From assembly GCA_017461985.1 (NCBI GenBank), contig JAFTSA010000007.1:2250-66249 (forward strand): a stretch of 64,000 bases of DNA, given 5' to 3'. The position numbers were made by a program, and so were the translations under genes. Below the pieces are notes generated by a model. That model saw only the letters and a program-made list of their open reading frames with translations, was not told where the DNA came from and made no database searches. This stretch comes from Clostridia bacterium (lineage in GTDB: Bacteria > Bacillota > Clostridia > Christensenellales > CAG-917). Shown piece by piece: positions 9,370-19,266 of this stretch; the stretch's first letter is position 1, and every line of letters starts with the position of its first letter.

Positions 9370-10910
9370 TGGAAATTATCCTCCCCTTTAACTGATGATG
9401 ACCTATTGTAAACAATAAGACTGAATACTGCTGAAATGACAAACACCAAAATACCAATGACTGACGCCAACTTGTAGTTTCTATCCGTGCCGAGAGACAA
9501 CTTGTAGAGCCAAGTGACAAGAAGGTCTGTGCCCTTTGCGCCGTCCGTGTAAAGCATAAGGTCGCCGGGGCCACCTCCTGACAGCAAGAAGATGACGTTG
9601 AAGTTGTTGATGTTGCCGATGAATTGTGTGATGAGATAAGGCCCTGTGACAAAGAGCATATAAGGCAGGGTTATCTTGAAGAATCTGCGGGCAGGTGATG
9701 CGCCGTCTATACGGGCTGACTCATAAAGGTCTTGAGGGATGTTCATCAAGATGCCTGAGCACATCAGCATACTGTAAGGTATGCCAACCCACATGTTGAC
9801 AAGGACAATACAAATACGTGTTGTGGTGATGTCAATGCCAAACTTCAAGTGATAGCCAAAGAGTTGCTCAATGATTTGGGTGATGATGCCACCGCCACTG
9901 CCCAATATGCCGCCGCCTGTGTCCAGCATCTTTGACATAATCAGCAAAGACACAAATTGAGGAACTGCGATGGTTGTGACAAACATCGTTCTATAAAACT
10001 TTTTAAACTTGATGCCCTTCTTGTTGATGAGCATTGCAAGGAGCATGCCGAAGAAATAGCTTGTGAAGGTTGCAAGCACTGCCCAAAGGAGTGTCCAACC
10101 AAGAACACGCCAGAAGGTTGCGCCCAACTTTGACCCGCCAGAGAAAAGTTGCTTGAAGTTGTCAAAGCCAACCCATTGGAACAAGTGTTCAGGCACTTCG
10201 TGACCCGCGTCGTAGTTGGTGAATGCAATGAGAATCATCGTGATGAGAGGAATCACGGTGAACATAAACAAGCCAAGCATAGGCATTGACAAGAGAGTGA
10301 TGTGGAACTTTCCATCAAGGAATTGCCCTGCATCAGTCTTGATGCCGATAGGTTTCTTGCCGATGATTCTGTATTGTTCAAGTTCATAACTTTCACGGAC
10401 TGCCTTGAAATAGAAATAGGCAAAGAACAACAAAATCAAAAATGACAGTATACCGTAGAGAACGATAAGGAAGGAGTTGTCCCCTTCTGTCTTGACATAT
10501 TCGCCAAGTTCATCATTCCACACGTCAGAAACGCTTGTTTCAACACGACCAACGTTGCCGCCGCCGAACATATTTTCAAAGCACATGACCATATATTGTC
10601 CGCCGAAGAAGACCATATAAAGAATAAGGGCCGCTTCTAGGAGCATATACATTATGCCTCGGACAATTTGACCACGGAATACGTGTCCCAAGCCAATAAG
10701 GAAATAAGACGCCTTTGTGAGGACGTCACCTTGCCAGAAATTCAAACCGAAGTTTTTGATTCTTTCCCAAATTCTAAGGAAGAATGCACCAATCTTCTTG
10801 AGCTTGCTCAAGAAGAAGTTTTTTACATTCCCGCCAAAGTTGCCAAAGAACTTTTTCAGTTTGTATATTATTTTTTGGGGTAAGGTCAGTTTGAAATATT
10901 CAAAATCCAT
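9366..10910 (-). CDS. Maltodextrin ABC permease (MalF/MalC type)
   Basis: ESARIDGA, AFTNYD, NINNFNVIFLL. Confidence 0.88.
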   Translation of the reverse strand: MDFEYFKLTLPQKIIYKLKKFFGNFGGNVKNFFLSKLKKIGAFFLRIWERIKNFGLNFWQGDVLTKASYFLIGLGHVFRGQIVRGIMYMLLEAALILYMVFFGGQYMVMCFENMFGGGNVGRVETSVSDVWNDELGEYVKTEGDNSFLIVLYGILSFLILLFFAYFYFKAVRESYELEQYRIIGKKPIGIKTDAGQFLDGKFHITLLSMPMLGLFMFTVIPLITMILIAFTNYDAGHEVPEHLFQWVGFDNFKQLFSGGSKLGATFWRVLGWTLLWAVLATFTSYFFGMLLAMLINKKGIKFKKFYRTMFVTTIAVPQFVSLLIMSKMLDTGGGILGSGGGIITQIIEQLFGYHLKFGIDITTTRICIVLVNMWVGIPYSMLMCSGILMNIPQDLYESARIDGASPARRFFKITLPYMLFVTGPYLITQFIGNINNFNVIFLLSGGGPGDLMLYTDGAKGTDLLVTWLYKLSLGTDRNYKLASVIGILVFVISAVFSLIVYNRSSSVKGEDNFQ

Positions 10911-10937
10911 CTTACGCCTCCATGTTTTCGTTGTTGA

Positions 10938-10966
10938 GGGACTGCCCTACAACGTAAGGCAGTCCC
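10938..10966 (-). promoter_or_regulatory. Intergenic stem-loop after the binding-protein gene (probable mRNA-stabilising hairpin or partial terminator)
   Basis: GGGACTGCC...GGCAGTCCC inverted repeat. Confidence 0.5.
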
Positions 10967-10979
10967 ATGGGTTTGACGA

Positions 10980-12284
10980 TTATGCGCCAGTGATTTGTGC
11001 AACAAGTGCATCAAGATATTCTTGAAGTGTTGCGTCGGACACATCGAGAAGTGTGCCGTTTTCCTTTTCAGTGATGAAAGGAGTGATGAGTGCGCCCATA
11101 GGAGTCCAGTAGTTGCCGGGAACGCCCTTTTGTGCGCGGTTGTATTGTGCTTGTTGCATGACCACTGAAATCACGGGGTCATTGAGCACTGCTTCTGATG
11201 CTGCCACAACTTTGTTGGTAGGACCAAAGCCACGGACTTCAAATCTCTTTTGTTGGTTTTGTTCATTGGTGAGCCATTGTGCCAGTTTGTGTGCTTCGCC
11301 CTTGTTTTGGCTGTAGCCGTTGACACCGATGAGTTTGAATCCCATATAGCCTGAAAGTTGGACTTGTTGTCCGCCGATGTTTGCGGTGGGAAGTTTGATG
11401 ACGCCCATGTTTTCGCCAAGGAGTTCTTTGATGGTTGCTGCGTTCCATGTGCCTGAAACTGCTGCTGCCACTTCAACCTTGCCGTTTTCGTCGGGTGTGA
11501 AACCTGCGATAATCTTGCTGTCATCTGTTTGGATGACGAGAGCATTGTGATTGACGTAGTTGCGGAGTGATTGCATAACCTTGAGGCCATCTGCATTGTT
11601 GTAGTTGCAGGTGCATGCGGTTTGGACCATCTTGTCGTTGTAGGTCACTTCGTAGCCCAAGCTGGGGTTTGCAAAGAAGAAGCTTGAAAGATACCAACCG
11701 TCATCGTTCAGTTTGAAGTGGACTTTCTTGCCTGCTGCTTCTGCAACATCAAGCATGCTGTCAAGGGTTGCAAGTTGACTGGGGTCTGAATAGACTCTCT
11801 TGTCATAGTAGACAAAGTAGCAGTTGTCACCAGTCATAGGATATGCGTAGAGTTGATCTTCACCGTTGATGGTGAGGGTTGCTGCATCGATTGAACCTGC
11901 GCTGTTGACTTCTTTCAGGTTGGTTTCGATTGCGCCACCGATACGTGCAAGTGCGCCACCTGCATAAAGTTTGTTGATTTGGTCACTTGCAAATGCGTAC
12001 ACGTCGGGACCTGATGTGACGTCGTTGAGAACTTTGTCTGCTGCGTCTGCTTCAGATTGAACACCGAACAAGAACTTGTATTCGTTTTGAGGGTTTGCTG
12101 CTGCGTATGCTGCGCACATTTCTTTGAGCATTTCTTGGTCTTCTTGTGAGCCCCAGACTGTCAAAGTATATTTGGTTTTTCCGCCGGGAGTGGTGGGATC
12201 TTCTTTTTCACCACAGCCGACAAATGCGATTGCTGCCAGCATCATAATCGCCAAAACGAGTGCAATGAGTTTAATTTTTTTCAT
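10980..12284 (-). CDS. Maltose/maltodextrin ABC substrate-binding lipoprotein
   Basis: Lipobox FVGC; GPDVYAFASDQ, SGTWN; operon context. Confidence 0.85.
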   Translation of the reverse strand: MKKIKLIALVLAIMMLAAIAFVGCGEKEDPTTPGGKTKYTLTVWGSQEDQEMLKEMCAAYAAANPQNEYKFLFGVQSEADAADKVLNDVTSGPDVYAFASDQINKLYAGGALARIGGAIETNLKEVNSAGSIDAATLTINGEDQLYAYPMTGDNCYFVYYDKRVYSDPSQLATLDSMLDVAEAAGKKVHFKLNDDGWYLSSFFFANPSLGYEVTYNDKMVQTACTCNYNNADGLKVMQSLRNYVNHNALVIQTDDSKIIAGFTPDENGKVEVAAAVSGTWNAATIKELLGENMGVIKLPTANIGGQQVQLSGYMGFKLIGVNGYSQNKGEAHKLAQWLTNEQNQQKRFEVRGFGPTNKVVAASEAVLNDPVISVVMQQAQYNRAQKGVPGNYWTPMGALITPFITEKENGTLLDVSDATLQEYLDALVAQITGA

Positions 12285-12344
12285 AATTGTCTCCTTTTGA
12301 GGGATTAATTGATTATTTTGCTAAATTAAAAGTCTTTTTTCGCC

Positions 12345-12377
12345 AAAAGGCGAGGTGAGCAAAGCCCACCTCGCTTT
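12345..12377 (-). terminator. Intrinsic terminator-like hairpin
   Basis: GCGAGGTGAGC-AAA-GCCCACCTCGC with flanking A-tract on +. Confidence 0.5.
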
Positions 12378-12393
12378 CTAGTGTTTTTGTTGA

Positions 12394-13866
12394 TTATGCT
12401 GCTGTGACGGTGTATTCACCTGTTGCAATGTTGAATGAAACTGTGTAGGTGCCTGCGGTGACGTAGAAGTTGTCGCCGTTGTAGCCGTGCCATGTTGCAA
12501 TGCCGAGTTCACTGCCGTAAACAACTTGGAATGCAAAGACTGCGGGTTCACCATCGGGGTTGGTCTTGCCTTGTGCTGTGATCCAGTTGTAGTCGTTGCG
12601 TGCTGCTGCATCGAATGCAACGAGAGTGCCTGTTGCAATGCCGTCTTCAACTGTGAGAGCAGGTGTGACGCCTGCCTTCACTGCGAAGTTGACTGCTGCG
12701 CCTTCTCCATCAACGAATGTGCCGACGAGATAATATTCGCACTTTGAATATTCAACAACATTGCCTTCAACAGTATACTTGAATGAGTATGTGCCTGCTG
12801 TGAGGAAGATGTTGACACCGTTGTTGCCATAGTATTTTCCGTCGATTGTGTTGTAGAGCTTGACTGCTGCGCACTTGACACCGAGGGTGTTGTCTGCGTC
12901 TTCTGCTGTCCAATCTGCATACATTTCTTCTGTGATAACGAGGGTGCCGGTCCAGGTTGCCTTGTCATCTGATTCTTTGAGAAGGAGTTCGCCGTCTTCG
13001 TATGAAGTGCCCCAGTTGTTCATTGTGCCGATGAAGTGCATTTCGTGTGTGACGGTCATTGCATCGAGTTTTTCAACAAGTTGGAATGTGATCTTGTTGT
13101 CTGCGGGGTGATCAGGATATGTGGTGTAAGTGATCTTGTAAACACCATCTTGACCTTCTGCGAGTTTGACGTTCCAGGTTTCGAAGCCATTGTTGTATTC
13201 GTCTGCGCCGATGAAGATGACTGTGTCGCCGACTTTGACTTGTGCAACTTCCTTGTCTGCTGCGGTGTAGGTGGTGTTGTCGTTGAAGTTGAGGCCGTCG
13301 CAGTATTCTGCTCCTACAACATAACCGATACCAACTTGACCATCCCAGCTGCCGTCGTGGCAGATTTGGAACATGTCGCCTGCATACATTGTGATGGTGA
13401 TTTCATAGATGTTTGCAGTTGCATTGTCTGTCTTTGTCATCGTGAGGTTTGCTGCTGCTGCTGTGTGGTCCCAGTTTGCCTTGCCCATGTCGCCTGCGCC
13501 TGCGCCGATGAGGTAATAGGATGTTTCATCTGCAACGTGTGCTGTGCTGGTGAACTTTGCAAAGATGTCTGTGTCTTCGTTGAGTTCTGCATCAAAATCA
13601 AATGCTTGAGTGAGTGATGCTTCTGCAAACCAGCCGGTGAATTCCTTGTTTTCAGGTGCTTCGGGAGTCCATGCGGTTGCTTTTGAGCCCTTTTCAAGAG
13701 TTTCTTCTTTCAGGACTTTGCTGCCTTGGTACCATGTGACTGTGATAGTATCGTCACCGCCTGCGGGAGGTGTGGTGGGATCTTCTGTAGGGTTACATGC
13801 TACAAAAGCGGTCAATGTGAGTGCGAGTACGAGGACGCACACTACTGCTGTGAAAAACTTTTTCAT
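12394..13866 (-). CDS. Lipoprotein with an InlB B-repeat-like domain and three SusE/SusF-like putative starch-binding modules
   Basis: Lipobox FVAC; FTGWF...FDFD...IFAKF; repeated YYLIG / HFIGTMNNW / YYLVG ... AGTY motifs. Confidence 0.65.
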   Translation of the reverse strand: MKKFFTAVVCVLVLALTLTAFVACNPTEDPTTPPAGGDDTITVTWYQGSKVLKEETLEKGSKATAWTPEAPENKEFTGWFAEASLTQAFDFDAELNEDTDIFAKFTSTAHVADETSYYLIGAGAGDMGKANWDHTAAAANLTMTKTDNATANIYEITITMYAGDMFQICHDGSWDGQVGIGYVVGAEYCDGLNFNDNTTYTAADKEVAQVKVGDTVIFIGADEYNNGFETWNVKLAEGQDGVYKITYTTYPDHPADNKITFQLVEKLDAMTVTHEMHFIGTMNNWGTSYEDGELLLKESDDKATWTGTLVITEEMYADWTAEDADNTLGVKCAAVKLYNTIDGKYYGNNGVNIFLTAGTYSFKYTVEGNVVEYSKCEYYLVGTFVDGEGAAVNFAVKAGVTPALTVEDGIATGTLVAFDAAARNDYNWITAQGKTNPDGEPAVFAFQVVYGSELGIATWHGYNGDNFYVTAGTYTVSFNIATGEYTVTAA

Positions 13867-14002
13867 AGTTTTCTCTCCTTTTTAAGGTTTTTTTTGTTGT
13901 TTTTCTATCTATTCTCAAAAACCATTTTTGGTTTTCTTGAATCAATTATATCACTTTGTGATATTGAGCGTCAATATCACGGTTTTTCTGTGAAAAAGGG
14001 AG

Positions 14003-14025
14003 TCCCTGCAAGGTCATTGCAGGGA
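14003..14025 (-). terminator. Hairpin downstream of pulA
   Basis: TCCCTGCAA-GGTCA-TTGCAGGGA. Confidence 0.5.
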
Positions 14026-14030
14026 TATTT

Positions 14031-16718
14031 TTATGCCTTTTGATTTACAACAACCACTGCGCTGTATGCAGGGATTGTGATTTGTCCTGTTGTTTCTGCG
14101 GGGTTGTCAAGAGTGACTGCCACGCCATCAACAAGAAGATACCAGTTGCCTGTGAGCGTATAAGTGATTGCCTCTGCAGTGGGGTTTGCAATTATTGTTG
14201 CCTTTCCGCCCATGTGGTTGTCATAGGTGATTGCAACTGCACCGTTTGTGCCAATGTTTGATGAATACATTGCGGTGTTGACGGTTGTGAAGATGGGATA
14301 TGTTTTTCTCATTGAGATGAGTCCCTTGTAGTAGTTCATCATTTCAAGTTCGTTTGCGCCATCTTTCAGCACTGCCCAATCAATATTATTGATTGCGTCG
14401 CTTGACTTATAGCTGTTTTCATCGCCGTCCTTTGTGCGGAGCATTTCTTCACCTGCTTGGAAGAATACCATACCCTTTGATGAAAGGAGAAGGGTTGCAC
14501 CCAGTCTGTTCATTGCAAGACGGGTTTCAACACTGTCTGTGCCGTTTGACAATTCAAGCTTGTCCCAAAGGGTGTTGTTGTCGTGGGCTGACATATAGTT
14601 GACCACCATTGAATCCTTCACCGACCAACTTGCGCCTGCGCCTGAGCCGCCACGCATACCGAAGAGCACTGAAGGAAGTGTTCCTGCGCCTGCGCCACTG
14701 ATATAGCCCTTGCTGGTTGAACTGAACACACTGCCCTTCAAGCCGTCACGGATTGCATCATTGAAAACTGCGATTGTGCCGATTGCATTGTTTGTTGCTG
14801 TGATTTTTGAAATGTTGCCTTGGTTTGCTTGTGCTTCGCCAGTGATTGTTGAGCCCATTGTCCAGCCTTCACCATAGATGAGTGCTTCGGGGTCAATGTT
14901 GTGGACTGCGCTTTCAACTTCTTGCATTGTTTGGAGGTCATGGAGGCCCATAAGGTCAAAGCGGAATCCGTCAAGGTCATATTCTTCAATCCAGTATGAC
15001 ACGGAGTCAACCATGAATTTGCCGAACATATATCTTTCACTTGCCGTATCATTGCCACAGCCTGATGCTGATGAGTTTGCACCAGTTGCGGTGTAGCGAT
15101 AGTAGTAGTAAGGAACAATCTTGTTGAATGAGCTGTTTGCATCATAAGTGTGGTTGTACACCACGTCCATGATGACACCGATGCCTGCTTCGTGGAGTGC
15201 TTGAACCATTTGCTTGTATTCCATGATTCTCACTGCGCCGTCGTAGGGGTTGGTGGAATAACTGCCTTCGGGGACGTTGTAGTTCTTAGGATCATAGCCC
15301 CAGTTGAACTGACTGTCAGGATTTGCTTCGTCAACGGTTTGATAGTCATAGACGGGGAGCAAGTGGACGTGGGTGATGCCAAGTTCTACAAGATAGTCAA
15401 TGCCAACAGGTTGACCAAATTCATTGACAAGACCCTTTTCGGTGAAGGCAAGATACTTGCCTTTGTATTGAGAAGAAGCAATCTTGTTTGAGAAGTCTCT
15501 CACGTGCACTTCCCAGATGATTGCATCGCTATAGCTGTCGATGCCGGTTGAGAAGTTGTCTTGTTTCCATGCGGTGGGATTGGTCTTTGAAAGGTCAACA
15601 ACCATGCCACGATTGCCGTTGAGACCTGCTGCCTTTGCATAGGGGTCAACTGCTTCTTGTGTGCCAACTGATGTTGTCACTGAATAAGTGTAGTATGTGC
15701 CGTGTCCACAATTTTCTGTGTGTGACCAAACACCCTTGTCTCCCTTGGTCATTTCAACGTTCTTGTACGCTTCTCCGCCGTTGCCTGCGCTGAAAAGGTT
15801 GAGAACAACTTTTGATGCGGTGGGAGCCCACACCTTGAATGTTGTGGTGTTGCCGTTGATGACTGCGCCAAGGTCGTCACCGTCATAGGTGTAGTTGTCG
15901 ATGAAGTAATCGCTGTCAAAAATCTTTGTGGGGACAACAGGTTTTTCGCCGTATCCTTCAATAACAACACGATAGTTTTTGGATATATCCAAAGTTTCGT
16001 CTATTTCAATGACTGCGGTTTGCACTGCGTTGCCAAAGTTGGTGATGTCAACAACTGTCAACTCGGTGTCACCTTCGTAGACCTTGACTTGGTCGTAGCT
16101 GGTGATTGCAACCTTGGGTGAAACGTTGTATTGGATCTTGTGGAAGTCAATCATTCCAGCAAGAGTAAACTTTTTGATTTGTGTCAAGGTTTGACCTCCA
16201 TCAGTGCTTGTATATTGGTTTGCGTCACCGCTCTTGAGCCAAATGAAAGTTTCTTCGCCTTCGATTGTGGCAAATCTGTCTTCACTTGTTCCGTCTTTGG
16301 TTGCTTCACCCCATGATGAGCCACCGGGGTCTGAACAACCTGTTCTCACGATAAAGCCAACTTCGGTGATGTTTTCAGGGACGTTGACCACAACTTTTGC
16401 GCCGTAATCGCAGAGGTGCATTTCATATCCGCTGCCTTCCTTGCCATCCCACCACATCCAAATGTCACAATTTTCAATGACACCGGGGTGTGACCAGTAG
16501 AATGTAAGTTGATTGTGGCCGGGTTCTTTTGCAATGGTGTACTCGCCTTCGGGCACTTGCCAGCCGGGGATATCATCTCCGCCGTCGCCACTGCCGTCAC
16601 CGCTTCCATCTCCAGTGGGAGGAGTTGTGGGGTCGGTGGGATCACAAGCCACAAAAGTCATGCACAAAACAAGTGCAAGTATCAACAGTAAAGTTATGGA
16701 AAATAAATTTCTTTTCAT
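14031..16718 (-). CDS. pulA: Type I pullulanase (CBM41-like, CBM48, GH13), lipoprotein
   Basis: FNWGYDP, DVVYNH, GFRFDLMG, YGEGW; lipobox FVAC; start set to MKRNL after AGGAG. Confidence 0.92.
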   Translation of the reverse strand: MKRNLFSITLLLILALVLCMTFVACDPTDPTTPPTGDGSGDGSGDGGDDIPGWQVPEGEYTIAKEPGHNQLTFYWSHPGVIENCDIWMWWDGKEGSGYEMHLCDYGAKVVVNVPENITEVGFIVRTGCSDPGGSSWGEATKDGTSEDRFATIEGEETFIWLKSGDANQYTSTDGGQTLTQIKKFTLAGMIDFHKIQYNVSPKVAITSYDQVKVYEGDTELTVVDITNFGNAVQTAVIEIDETLDISKNYRVVIEGYGEKPVVPTKIFDSDYFIDNYTYDGDDLGAVINGNTTTFKVWAPTASKVVLNLFSAGNGGEAYKNVEMTKGDKGVWSHTENCGHGTYYTYSVTTSVGTQEAVDPYAKAAGLNGNRGMVVDLSKTNPTAWKQDNFSTGIDSYSDAIIWEVHVRDFSNKIASSQYKGKYLAFTEKGLVNEFGQPVGIDYLVELGITHVHLLPVYDYQTVDEANPDSQFNWGYDPKNYNVPEGSYSTNPYDGAVRIMEYKQMVQALHEAGIGVIMDVVYNHTYDANSSFNKIVPYYYYRYTATGANSSASGCGNDTASERYMFGKFMVDSVSYWIEEYDLDGFRFDLMGLHDLQTMQEVESAVHNIDPEALIYGEGWTMGSTITGEAQANQGNISKITATNNAIGTIAVFNDAIRDGLKGSVFSSTSKGYISGAGAGTLPSVLFGMRGGSGAGASWSVKDSMVVNYMSAHDNNTLWDKLELSNGTDSVETRLAMNRLGATLLLSSKGMVFFQAGEEMLRTKDGDENSYKSSDAINNIDWAVLKDGANELEMMNYYKGLISMRKTYPIFTTVNTAMYSSNIGTNGAVAITYDNHMGGKATIIANPTAEAITYTLTGNWYLLVDGVAVTLDNPAETTGQITIPAYSAVVVVNQKA

Positions 16719-16732
16719 AATTTCACTCCTTA

Positions 16733-18247
16733 TCATTTTGATGCGCGCCCCGTGCGCGCGGTGAGGTCTTTTACCTTTTTCACCAGTGCGGGGGTGTTGT
16801 ATCTAGAACTGAGACGATAGTTCCAGTTGCCTTCTGCAACGGCAGGGGTGTTCATTCTGCCCTGTTCGTTGGTCAGGTCAAGATAGTCTTGAATGGGTAT
16901 GACTGCAAGATTTGCTACGCTTGAAAGAGCAAGCTCGATGACGTCATATGTGCGTGATTGACGGGTGTCACGTTTGCACTCTCTCACAAAACGTTCTTTT
17001 GCTGGACCAGTAAGGTTGAGATGCCACGTCCTTGTGCAGTCTGCATCGTGTGAGCCTGAATACACCACACAATTTTTGGTTGTGTAACAACGAGGCAAAT
17101 ATTCACTATCCTCATCAAAGAAAGCAAATTGCAGTATTTTCATACCGGGGAAACCGGTTGAGTCAAGGAGTTCTCTCACGTCGGGGGTGATGAAACCCAA
17201 ATCCTCTGCGATAATCTTTGCTTTGGGGAAAGTCTCGTTGATTGCTTTGAAAAGTTCAATGCCGGGTGCGGACTCCCACCAACCATTTCTTGCAGTGGTG
17301 TCGCCGTAAGGCACTGTGTAATATCCTGCAAAACCTCTAAAGTGGTCTATGCGGAGAATATCGTACAGATTGAAACTGGCTCTCACGCGGTTTTTCCACC
17401 ACTTGAAGCCGTCTTCCTTCATAAGTTTCCAGTTGTAGATAGGATTGCCCCAAAGTTGTCCGTCGGGGGAGAAACCATCTGGGGGAACGCCTGCCACAAC
17501 GGTGGGATTGAATTTTTCGTCAAGAAGGAACTGACGAGGTGCTTGCCACACGTCCATACTGTCGTGAGCAACGTAAATGGGCATATCACCGATGATGACG
17601 ATGCCTTTTTTGTGGCAGTATTTTCTCAGTGCTTGCCACTCACTGTCAAACTCAAATTGAATCCATTTCCAAAAACCGCACTCGTCAGCAAATGCTGCCT
17701 TTTGTTTTCTTGCCTTGTTGACGTCTTTGTGCTCATCTGCCCAGTTGTTCCAAGAACAAAAGTTGTAGTGGACTTTAAGAGCCATAAAGAGGGAGTAGTC
17801 CTCAATCCAACTCTTATTTTTGCGGACAAACTTTGTGTAGGCAACGTCTTCTTCTCCGCCCCTCTTCAAAAATCTGGCGTACGCCTTGCGGAGGACGTTG
17901 TATCTATTGCAAAACAGCCAGCCGTAGTCGACTCGCTTTGTGTTGTGGATATTCTCTTTCAGTTCCTTGAGGGTGAGAAGACCTTTTTGATGAAGAACGT
18001 CAAGGTCAATAAAATAAGGATTGCCTGCAATTGAGGCAGGAGATTGATAAGGGCTGTCGCCGTAAGAAGTAGGGTTCAAAGGAAGCACTTGCCAGCACTT
18101 GGTTTTGGTTGTGGCAAGAAAATCTGCGAAATCGTAAGCACACTTGCCAAAAGATCCAATGCCGAACTTGTTGGGAAGTGAGCTTATAGGCATCAATATT
18201 CCGCTTTTGTGATCAAAGCCAAAATTTTTTGTGTGTGCTTCCATCAA
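16733..18247 (-). CDS. malQ: 4-alpha-glucanotransferase (GH77)
   Basis: WQVLPLNP, DSPY, GQLWGNPIY, RIDHFRGF, AEDLG. Confidence 0.95.
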   Translation of the reverse strand: MMEAHTKNFGFDHKSGILMPISSLPNKFGIGSFGKCAYDFADFLATTKTKCWQVLPLNPTSYGDSPYQSPASIAGNPYFIDLDVLHQKGLLTLKELKENIHNTKRVDYGWLFCNRYNVLRKAYARFLKRGGEEDVAYTKFVRKNKSWIEDYSLFMALKVHYNFCSWNNWADEHKDVNKARKQKAAFADECGFWKWIQFEFDSEWQALRKYCHKKGIVIIGDMPIYVAHDSMDVWQAPRQFLLDEKFNPTVVAGVPPDGFSPDGQLWGNPIYNWKLMKEDGFKWWKNRVRASFNLYDILRIDHFRGFAGYYTVPYGDTTARNGWWESAPGIELFKAINETFPKAKIIAEDLGFITPDVRELLDSTGFPGMKILQFAFFDEDSEYLPRCYTTKNCVVYSGSHDADCTRTWHLNLTGPAKERFVRECKRDTRQSRTYDVIELALSSVANLAVIPIQDYLDLTNEQGRMNTPAVAEGNWNYRLSSRYNTPALVKKVKDLTARTGRASK

Positions 18248-18707
18248 TGCTCCTAAACTTTTTCGTCATATTTCCATTTTTGTATGATTATCCTACCAAA
18301 ATCGGCTTGTCATTGTCAACCCCAAAACCCCCAAAAATTGATTAAAAATTTTTTTGCGTTTCAAAACCGAGCATCTAACCGTGTATTTCAAAAAAATAAT
18401 TGAAAACTAACAAAATTTTCAAAATTATGAAACTTATTCATTTTTTGCTCTTTTATGCAAAATCCACCGCAATAGAACACCTGTTTTCAAAAACTTGCAA
18501 AAAACGACTTTTTTCTTGATTTTATTTGCGGATTTTGTTGAAAATGTTGTTCTAACCTATTTAGTTTAATTGTTAAGCGTTTTGCTGGATTTTGTCGATA
18601 AATTCGTCTATTTTTGAGGACAAAACACACTGGATTTTCTCTGGTCTTTTGACTGGTTTTGGCGTCACTTTTTTGATTGATTTTTTTCGTTTTTCGTCTG
18701 CAGTTTT

Positions 18708-18912
18708 ATGCCTGTTTTTTGTTTTCTTCTGCTTTGCACCGTCATCATAGACGGAGTGGAATCAATCCTTTATGCAGCCCTGTGGCGGACGCAAGCCAAT
18801 GATAATTGCAGCCGTCCTCACGCTCTTGTTTATGCGCAGTATAAGGGCAAATAAAGAGGACAAGTTCCCTTCCCTTGACGAAGTTAAGAAAAACGCCCAA
18901 AACGCAAAATAA
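18708..18912 (+). pseudogene. Frameshifted 3' remnant of a MATE-like membrane protein gene
   Basis: Across two frameshifts it reads GVESILYAA[P]VADAS-MIIAAVLTLLFMRSI...*, followed by a terminator at 18932-18956. Confidence 0.4.
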
Positions 18913-18959
18913 GCCCTCTCAGGGCGAAAACAAAAGCAGCCAATAAGGTTGCTTTTTAT

Positions 18960-19220
18960 TTGTCTTGCAACGCAAGACAAGTGATATTGTGGCAGAGCCA
19001 CAGTTATATTCACTTCGTGAGTTATATGTCCTACGGACGTGATATTCACCTTCGGTGAGTTGTGGTTATGTGGCGTGACGTACACGACACGCCTATTTCA
19101 TCCTTAACTGCAAACATAGTGAGCAATATAACTGGCGAAGCCAATATAACTTCTTGCTTGCAAGAAATATAACTGCTCAAAGAGCAATATCACTTTGCAA
19201 AAATCTTGTATTTTTGCAAA
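18960..19220. repeat. Inverted hairpin/linker array element, empty copy
   Basis: Left arm: linkers GTKATAT x4 plus GTTGTGG separated by mini-hairpins. Right arm: CCTTAAC plus ATATMAC x4 separated by hairpins. No ORF between the arms. Confidence 0.85.
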
Positions 19221-19221
19221 A

Positions 19222-19252
19222 TAAAAAGGCAGTCCGAAGACTGCCTTTTTTA
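19222..19252 (-). terminator. Intrinsic terminator of the 766-aa lipoprotein gene
   Basis: AAAAAGGCAGTC-CGAA-GACTGCCTTTTT. Confidence 0.75.
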
Positions 19253-19266
19253 TTGTGTGTTGTTGC

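Noticed and set aside
18951-19230. Sixth outer rung of the ladder (CTTTTTAT / ATAAAAAG)
   Set aside because: Both sequences are U-tracts of convergent terminators, so the complementarity may be coincidental.
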